Below the pieces are notes generated by a model. The model was not told the origin of the DNA, searched no databases, and saw only the letters and a program-made list of their open reading frames with translations. The position numbers were made by a program, and so were the translations under genes. Positions 54,738-64,000 of a stretch of 64,000 nt of DNA are shown here, piece after piece (position 1 is the stretch's first letter; the number at the start of each line of letters is the position of its first letter). The DNA is taken from NCBI GenBank assembly GCA_964016885.1, contig CAXHJY010000449.1, positions 62,001-126,000 of the forward strand. The letters run 5' to 3'. The stretch is from Eledone cirrhosa. Its lineage: Eukaryota.

Positions 54738-54935
54738 TTTAAATTGAAATAGAAAGCTTCGCCATAATATTTGACTAAATAACGGGGAGTATAAACCCAC
54801 TGAGGGGAAAAAGATGGGTATCACGACATATGTGCTGATATCCATCTTTCTCTGTTCATTGAATTTATACACCTCGTTATTTAGACTATATTATTTAGTC
54901 AAATGTTACGGCGAAGCCTTATATTTCCACTTCAG
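54738..54935. repeat. Diverged ~200-bp foldback hairpin
   Basis: GCTTCGCCATAATATTTGACTAAATAA / TTATTTAGTCAAATGTTACGGCGAAGC, with inner pair AAAGATGGGTATCA / TGATATCCATCTTT. Confidence 0.65.
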
Positions 54936-54948
54936 TTTATATATATAT

Positions 54949-55193
54949 AAGGAAAAAAGATGAAATTGAAAATGCAACTGGAGTCTTTAAGAATATTTAT
55001 TTGTTTCCTTTACCGGTTTGACTGTTCTTATGCTTTTCAAAAGTAGAAATGAGATGGAGGGTTTGTGGTTTTTCTCCCACAAACCCTCCATCTCAGTTCT
55101 ATTTTTGAAAAGCATAAGAACTGTGAAACCAGTAAATGAAACATAAATATTCTTAAAAAGACTCCAGTTCCATTTTCGATTTCATCTTTTTTC

Positions 55194-55196
<3 letters not shown>
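54949..55196. mobile_element. Foldback element, same family as 30531, with degenerate hammerhead-like motifs
   Basis: Arms of about 120 bp centred at ~55070. TTGAAAA core occurs on both arms. Flanked by (TA)n. Confidence 0.7.
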
Positions 55197-55263
<67 letters not shown>

Positions 55264-55269
<6 letters not shown>

Positions 55270-55335
55270 GTTGTAACATATATTTCTTAATAAGAAGTCT
55301 TATAACAACGGCGGGAATTAATGTTACAACCCAAT
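55264..55335. mobile_element. Tiny mariner-type MITE
   Basis: TIRs TATTGGGTTGTAACAT / ATGTTACAACCCAATA within (TA)n. Confidence 0.6.
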
Positions 55336-55792
55336 ATATATGTAGTTGGGGTACTAATTATTGATGAAATATGCACAATGCCATTCAATTTGATTGGAAG
55401 GCATTAGACACGACAATTCATGTATTATTCGCGAAGCGACGATAGTTCAATTCATTTAAAACAACAGTTCATATATTAAATACATAATATAATCTATCTA
55501 GATTAAAGTCGATAACAATAATGAAAATAAAATCATATTGGATGTTAATAAGAGTTAATAAATTAGTATTAAATAATTACTTTCCTTTTCCGTTTTTTTT
55601 TATATATATTTTCTTATTTTACATTCCATTTTTATTTCTATTAAATTGTTTTACGACTTTTACAATATTCTAAATATGATCTATTCATAACAACGACATC
55701 AGTAAAATTGCTGAAAATAAGATCAACATTGAACACAAGTTCAAAACAATGGAATAAGATCAACATTGAACCTAAGTTCAAAATATTCAACA

Positions 55793-55990
55793 TACGAGGG
55801 TCGCTTGAAAAGTTCATAGACTGATTATGAAGGGGCGATACGAGAACTGTAAAATCCTTCGTGCATTAATTTCAACTCTTCTTATTAATAACTGTATTGT
55901 TTCTTTCCAGGGACTATGTTGAAAAATAAACCTATCTAACATAGCATTCTAAGTTGTTCCCCACAAAATTCTTAAATATGACCTCTATAA
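55793..55990. mobile_element. Mariner-like transposon end (related end at ~47199-47300)
   Basis: TACGAGGGTCGCTTGAAAAGTTCATAGACTGA versus TACGAGGGTCCG..CTCATAGGCTGA. The TACGAGGG start is typical of mariner TIRs. Confidence 0.4.
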
Positions 55991-56444
55991 CAAATACCGG
56001 GGATTGTCAGGCTGCTTCCTCTTTGCACCGGTGGGCGCCGAGACTTCAGGCGTCCTTGAACCCCGTACTGCAGAGCTCCTCTGCAAGATCGGAATGCCAG
56101 CGGCCCGTCTGAAGAAGGAGCCCCATTCTAACGATTCTGCCAATTCCCTGCCTTCGTATTGCAAACAGGGTGTTTCAAAGACAAAATTTAGCTGAAAGGG
56201 TTAGTTGTGCGACAGACCTTTCGATATTACTGAAGTTAAGGGGTTGCAATACTCTGTCATACAATTTGTTTCAGTGATCCCTGTATATCGTGTCGTCTGC
56301 CTGTGACATCTAAAATGCATTTGTCAATTATGAAAAATGTCTAACTTCTTCTACGAAGAAATAAAAGTTCTTCAGTTATAGACTTTCTGTTGGATACATT
56401 GTAATTATTACATGACTCACATAATCTAAATGCTGATTGTATAT

Positions 56445-56945
<501 letters not shown>

Positions 56946-57110
56946 AGATAGATATTTATATACACACACAGAGATGCATGCATGCACAACTATGGCAATA
57001 TAAATTTCGTGTCAGAGTGTGTGCGTGTAATAAATGTGTTGCTCCTTGACTGTTTGAGCGCTAACTCTTATATCGGATACCTTCGATGGTCCCTAATTTT
57101 CTTTTATAAC

Positions 57111-57419
57111 ATGGATTATTACAACATCACAACTTCACTTAAAGACATTCCTATCCCTGGTAAATCTGAATTCACTAAACTTCTGATTGAAAAAACTGAC
57201 CCTTTTGTGAGAAGGCTTAGATGGATCGCTTTTTTCCACGACCAGCGCTTAAAAGGAAATGTTTATACTAAGGAACGTAACAATATTGATTATGTATTTA
57301 ACTCTAGAATAAATCCTCCTTCCAACAAAAATCTAGTGCAGTTTGAGGAAGAACTAACTAATATTATAAGAATGGAGACAGACATAAGTATATGTCTTCA
57401 AGAAACCATTGGTAAATGA
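57111..57419 (+). mobile_element. N-terminal fragment of a Penelope-like retroelement ORF
   Basis: SLKDIPIPGKSEFTKLLIEKTDPFVRRLRWIAFF..FNSRINPP..LVQFEEEL matches the recalled PLE N-terminal pattern SLKNIPIP..LIEK.E.FIKRMRWKA.FF..F.S...PP...L..FE.DL. The RT core is absent. Confidence 0.7.
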
Positions 57420-57541
57420 AATAATTATCTTATGTCGTATATTACATAAATATATATATATATACATATATATATACACACACACACACACACGATTGTT
57501 CTGTGGAATAGGGGGTTATTTATATGTCTAAACTCTGCTAG

Positions 57542-57588
57542 TGCTCCGATGATTCCAAACGAAAGTTTGGAAGAAACGATTGTCTGCA
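57542..57588 (+). ncRNA. Minimal hammerhead motif with one core substitution
   Basis: TGCT-CCGATGA-TTCCAAAC-gaaa-GTTTGGAA-GAAA-CGATTG-TC-TGCA. Helix II is a perfect 8 bp with a GNRA loop, and the core has U4C. Confidence 0.6.
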
Positions 57589-58744
57589 ATAAAATGTTTT
57601 GAACATAGTTTTGATTATTCTGTAATTTATATTCCGGCTCTGTAAAACATCTGATGTCTTTACTTTGAGCTATTTTTCTTACTGGTAATAAGGCGGTAAT
57701 GAATTACTGACCTTTCCTGTTTATAATTATATATAGTGTATATATACACACACACACACATATATATATATATCATATATTTGTAATATATAGTTTGTAT
57801 GCCAACACGTATAGCATATCATATTTCTCTCTCTTTCCCTATCTCGCTGATCCTCTCTCTCTCACTTTCTCTCCCTCCCCTCTTCTAACCCCTTTCTCTC
57901 TTTGTCGTTCTTTACCTCTCTCGTTCTCTCCTCTATTTCCTTCTTTCTCTCTTTCCCCTATCTTGATGTCTCTTTCTCTCACTATCTCTCTCTTCCACTC
58001 TCTCACCCTTTCTATCATTATTTCTCTCTCTTTGTTTCCCTATCTCACGGTCCCTCTCTCTCCCACGGTTCCCTCTCTCTCTCTCTCTCTCTTCCCTATC
58101 GCACGGTGCCTCTCTCTCTCTTTCTTTATCCCTATCTCACGGTCCGTCACTCTCCTACTGCTCCCCCTCCCTCTCTCTTCCATCCACTCAGTCAATGCCT
58201 TCTCTCTTTCCTTGTTTCTCTTTCTCTCTTTCCCCTATCTTGCTGTTCCTTTCTCTCTCTCTTTCCATGCCTCTCTCATCCTGCCTCTCTCTATCACTCT
58301 CTCACCCTTTCTATCCTTATTTCTCTTTCTCTCTTTGTTTCCCTATCTGACGGTCCCTCTCTCTCTCTCCCACTGCTCCCCTCCCTCTCCCCCTCTCTCT
58401 TCCACCCACTCAGTCAACGCCTTCTCTCTGATTCAGCCTTCCTTTTTCTCTTCAGTTTTTTGGACAAACAAAACTTACGGAGCATTGATATGTAACCATA
58501 TCAGCAAAACTTGATAAATAATTACTTCTGTAAATCCAACACTTGCACAGAATTCCATCTATCAAACTATATATATGGCAGCCAGTTTTGTTTGACGTGA
58601 AAGGACGACAGGAAATGACACAGGAGCAGGCACGAGCTAAATAAATCACAAACTTTCTATTGGTTATAAATATACAACACCAGGTTATTTGCTGACAGCT
58701 AGGATTACTGCAAAACGTAAATATTTGACCTCATGCATTTTGAA

Positions 58745-58841
<97 letters not shown>

Positions 58842-59129
58842 CTTTATTCATAAAAATAATCCATTCTGATGACTGTCTTACGTTATATATATATTGCTTT
58901 GACAACGTTGCTATTTTGCTCGAAATATTCTGAAGCAATTACATTGGTTTCAATTTTGCAATCATAAAGAGCTACCATATCTTTTTTGAATAATCAATCC
59001 ATATGTTTAACAACAGAGGATTACTCTACCTCCCACCGATGTAGTCTCTGTATCTATGTTTGATAACACAAAGGTACTATATTATTCATATAGTCTATAT
59101 CTGTTTGATATCACTTATTGATATTGTAT

Positions 59130-59445
59130 CTATTTCTAGGGCGGGTAAAATTCCCGAGATCCATGGACGAGTTCTCTCCAGCGATCTCTGTCCCTCATTA
59201 TCGCTGCCATGTCCTGCGTCTCCAACAGACCAGTGTCTGTCCTTAGGGCATACGTTAACATACGTTAACCTTGGTCTTCCTCTTCCAGTGTGTCCATGTA
59301 GGGGCTTCCACAGGATCACTGAGTGCAATGTCAACTCTGGATGTCGGTGAGCATGTCCAGCTAACCTCAGTCTCCTCTGAGTCACTTTTGAGCTGACTTT
59401 TGGGAGGCTCCCATACAGCTCTGAGTTTTTCATCCTCAGTGTATC
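59130..59445 (-). mobile_element. 5'-truncated RTE-like LINE 3' end, same family as 56585, inverted
   Basis: KNSELYGSLPKVSSKVTQRRLRLAGHAHRHPEL..LWKPLHGHTGRGRPRLTY. Confidence 0.8.
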
Positions 59446-59449
59446 TATA

Positions 59450-60295
59450 TTATGTTTTAATTTAGCCTCTAGTCATCCCCGGTTGAAGAATCCTGTGATC
59501 AAAGATGTTCCAGCTGTGACCATCCCACAGTGTATTTAGAACTACACATGTCTTGTGTGCTACTGTGTAAAATTACGTTTTAATTTAGCTCTTGGTTAGC
59601 CTTGGTTGGCAAGTCCTGTGATCAAAGGTATTTAAGCTACGCCCATCCCATAGTGTATATAGGACTATATCAGTTTTCTAGGACTATATCAGTGTTGTGT
59701 TCTATTGTGTAAAGTCACGTTTTAATTCAGCCCTTGGTCATCCCTGGTTGTACTGTTCAGTGATCAAAGGTATTCCAGTTATGACCTTCCCACAGTGTAT
59801 CTAGGACTATATGTGTGTCGTGTGCTACTGTGTAAAGTTACCTTTTAATTTAGCCCCTGGTCATCCCGGGTTGTAGTGTCCTGTGATCAACGGTGTTTCA
59901 GCTATGACCCTCCCACAGTATATCTAAGACTATTCTACGATATAATGTAGTCCTTGGTCAATCCAAGTTAAACAGTCCTGTGATCAAACGTGTTCCAATC
60001 ACGCCCATCCTAATTATTTGTGTATCTAGGACTACATTAGACCTGTCAACTCTCCCTCGCCGGACGGGGAGATCTCCCACCCAATTTGATATGGGTGAGA
60101 GATGTCATCTCTTGTGAAAATGGGTATAGCTTTCATTATGTAAAATCTCCCCATTTTGAGGCACATTTTTTCATAGCACTTCCTGTTTGAGTTTTTAGAG
60201 GTTGGCAGGTCTGCAACATTATCCAGTGTGTCCATTCCTTCTTTAAGGCTACAGTATACGATTTGAAGGAGATTTAGCTATCATTTCTAGTGGAT
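59450..60295 (-). mobile_element. Second SINE-like family copy with its ~125-bp 3' segment tandemly repeated about 5 times
   Basis: Units start at ~59455, 59578, 59720 and 59843. Reverse-complement similarity to 3771-4530. Confidence 0.6.
60039..60213. mobile_element. ~175-bp MITE nested in the SINE-like element
   Basis: TIRs AGACCTGTCAAC / GTTGGCAGGTCT. Host sequence ACATTA is duplicated on both sides. Confidence 0.55.
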
Positions 60296-60559
60296 CCTCT
60301 CTCGATGTCTCCTCATCAGTTCAGTGTCTATATAAACCTATGGTCATCAAGGTAAACAGACGTCCAAAATTTCAAGATTCCAGACAGAAATAAGTTAAAT
60401 CCTTCATTAGGAAATTATTTTAGACTTTCTAAAGATAGATTTTATTGGAAACCTTTCAGGTCTAACGACGCCATTTTGTCACTAACTTTATATCATCACG
60501 CGCACACACATGTGTGTAAACACACACTTCAACGCATGCTGTCTCTGTTTTTCTCTATC

Positions 60560-60606
<47 letters not shown>

Positions 60607-60691
60607 GCATATATACATAAGTGCATCCATCCGTGTATACACACACACATATATATGTATATATTCACGAATACACATACATACAATCACG

Positions 60692-60728
<37 letters not shown>

Positions 60729-60769
60729 ACGAATACACGTACATATACATGAGTACGAACATATATATG

Positions 60770-60820
<51 letters not shown>

Positions 60821-60884
60821 ATACACACACACACACAGAACATATTTATGAATACATACATATATACACATACATACATGTATG

Positions 60885-60918
<34 letters not shown>

Positions 60919-60983
60919 TATATATATGCATACATATATGTATAGATATATAGATATATATGCATACATACATGTATATATTT

Positions 60984-61034
<51 letters not shown>

Positions 61035-61099
61035 TATATATATGCATACATATATGTATAGATATATAGATATATATGCATACATATATGTATATATTT

Positions 61100-61139
<40 letters not shown>

Positions 61140-61531
61140 ATGCATACATTTATGTATATATTCATACATTCCCAGCCTGTGTGTGTTACTCTCTTTCTCC
61201 TTCACCACCTCCTCCACCTTCCACTCGTGCTAAATAAGTGAAATATAGTCCAGCGCTCTTGTCCAGTCGAGCACCCCACACCCCACACCCCACACCTCCA
61301 CCGACCCTCCATGTTTCGGAACCTTTTCCCCAATAAATCGAAGATGTCAACATTGATCTCACAATTGATCAAAGAAGAAGACGAAGAGAGAGAGAGAGAG
61401 AGTGTGAGAGAGAGAGAGAGAGAAGGAGTGATGGGGTGCGGAGAGAGGTGTAAAGGACGGGGGGCGTGATGGGGTAGTACGCGTGTGTGTATCTGTGGAT
61501 GTTGAAGTGTATAGTGAGGTGTATGCCAATA

Positions 61532-61574
<43 letters not shown>

Positions 61575-61579
<5 letters not shown>

Positions 61580-61610
61580 CATTTGTAGGTGTATGTATAT
61601 ATGTTTGAGG

Positions 61611-61659
<49 letters not shown>

Positions 61660-61694
61660 CATTTGTAGGTGTATGTATATATATATGTTTGAGG

Positions 61695-61741
<47 letters not shown>

Positions 61742-61809
61742 CATTTGTAGGTGTATGTATATATATATGTTTGAGGGTGTATATATATATATATGAGAGA
61801 GAGAGAGAA

Positions 61810-61882
<73 letters not shown>

Positions 61883-62096
61883 AAAAGGGGAAAACATATT
61901 TTTTTCTTCCTAATAATCGTCTTTTTCTCCCTGTTTTCATATATATATATATATATATATGTTTGAGAGTGTATATATATATATATATATGTTTGAGAGT
62001 GTATATATATATATATATATATGTTTGAGAGTGTATATATATATATATATATATATGTTTGAGAGTGTATATATATATATATATATATGTTTGAGA

Positions 62097-62133
<37 letters not shown>

Positions 62134-62428
62134 TGAGAGTGTATATTTATATATATGTTTGAGAGTGTATATATATATATATATGTTTGAGAGTGTATAT
62201 TTATATATATATGTTTGAGAGAGTATATATATATACATATGTTTGAGAGTGTATATATATATATATATATATATGTTTGAGAGTGTATATATATATATAT
62301 ATATATATATGTTTGAGAGTGTATATTTATATATATGTTTGAGAGTGTATATATATATATATATGTTTGAGAGTGTATATTTATATATATATGTTTGAGA
62401 GAGTATATATATATACATATGTTTGAGA

Positions 62429-62474
<46 letters not shown>

Positions 62475-62913
62475 GTTTGAGAGTGTATATATATATATAT
62501 ATATGTTTGAGAGTGTATATTTATATATATGTTTGAGAGTGTATATATATATATATATGTTTGAGAGTGTATATTTATATATATATGTTTGAGAGTGTAT
62601 ATATATATATATATATGTTTGAGAGTGTATATTTATATATATATATGTTTGAGAGTGTATATATATATATATATATATGTTTGAGAGTGTATATTTATAT
62701 ATATATATATATATATATATGTTTGAGAGTATATTATATATATATATATGTTTGAGAGAGTATATTTATATATATATGTTTGAGAGTGTATATATATATA
62801 TATATATGTTTGAGAGTGTATATATATATATATATATGTTTGAGAGTGTATATATATATATATATATATATATGTTTGAGAGTGTATATATATATATATA
62901 TATATGTTTGAGA

Positions 62914-62948
<35 letters not shown>

Positions 62949-63245
62949 TGAGAGTGTATATTTATATATATGTTTGAGAGTGTATATATATATGTATATG
63001 TTTGAGAGTGTATATTTATATATATATGTTTGAGAGAGTATATATATATACATATGTTTGAGAGTGTATATATATATATATATATATATATGTTTGAGAG
63101 TGTATATATATATATATATATATATATGTTTGAGAGTGTATATTTATATATATGTTTGAGAGTGTATATATATATATATATGTTTGAGAGTGTATATTTA
63201 TATATATATGTTTGAGAGAGTATATATATATACATATGTTTGAGA

Positions 63246-63287
<42 letters not shown>

Positions 63288-63330
63288 GTTTGAGAGTGTA
63301 TATATATATATATATATGTTTGAGAGTGTA

Positions 63331-63361
<31 letters not shown>

Positions 63362-63457
63362 GTTTGAGAGTATATTTATATATATATATATGTTTGAGAG
63401 AGTATATTTATATATATATGTTTGAGAGAGTATATATATATATATATGTTTGAGAGA

Positions 63458-63502
<45 letters not shown>

Positions 63503-63745
63503 TGAGAGTGTATATATATATATATATATGTTTGAGAGTGTATATTTATATATATGTTTGAGAGTGTATATATATATATATGTTTGAGAGTGTATATTTA
63601 TATATATATGTTTGAGAGTGTATATATATATATATATATGTTTGAGAGTGTATATATATATATATATATGTTTGAGAGTGTATATATATATATATATATA
63701 TATATGTTTGAGAGTGTATATATATATATATATATATGTTTGAGA

Positions 63746-63780
<35 letters not shown>

Positions 63781-64000
63781 TGAGAGTGTATATTTATATA
63801 TATGTTTGAGAGTGTATATATATATGTATATGTTTGAGAGTGTATATTTATATATATATGTTTGAGAGAGTATATATATATACATATGTTTGAGAGTGTA
63901 TATATATATATATATATATATATATGTTTGAGAGTGTATATATATATATATATATATATATGTTTGAGAGTGTATATTTATATATATGTTTGAGAGTGTA
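61575..64000. repeat. Satellite GTTTGAGAGTG+(TA)n with variable spacer and higher-order blocks, running off the window end
   Basis: Dozens of units from 61960. A longer precursor-like unit (GAGCATTTGTAGGTG..GTTTGAGGGTG) occurs three times at 61575-61790. Confidence 0.92.

Noticed and set aside
58866-58935. CTGATGA as another hammerhead (also ~29793, ~30904 and ~46549)
   Set aside because: I could not form helix II and GAAA/UH in the right register.

Overview
AT-rich, microsatellite-saturated animal genomic DNA. The repeat landscape suggests a coleoid cephalopod such as Octopus, but this is inference. The only host gene I can support is the 3' part of a cyclic-nucleotide-gated channel alpha subunit (CNGA/TAX-4 type) on the + strand, with coding exons at 9380-9591 and 11777-13170. 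An uninterrupted RTE-clade LINE ORF (APE end, RT, three C2H2 fingers) runs into the window at 1-2743. The rest is tRNA-head SINEs (about 20 copies), decayed RTE/Tx1-like LINEs, Tc1/mariner-type MITEs and a transposase remnant, a Penelope-like ORF fragment, and many mini- and microsatellites. Two signals stand out. (1) Between about 30.5 and 57.6 kb there are at least a dozen minimal type I hammerhead-ribozyme motifs. Most sit in long foldback elements with one outward-pointing ribozyme per arm, and they include U3-A8 core variants, long helix-II inserts and covarying stems. (2) The acceptor and first part of a CNG coding exon have been duplicated about 8 times upstream, producing decoy splice sites and a cluster of seven perfect TGACGTCA (CRE) sites. 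Almost all listed ORFs other than those named are microsatellite artefacts.
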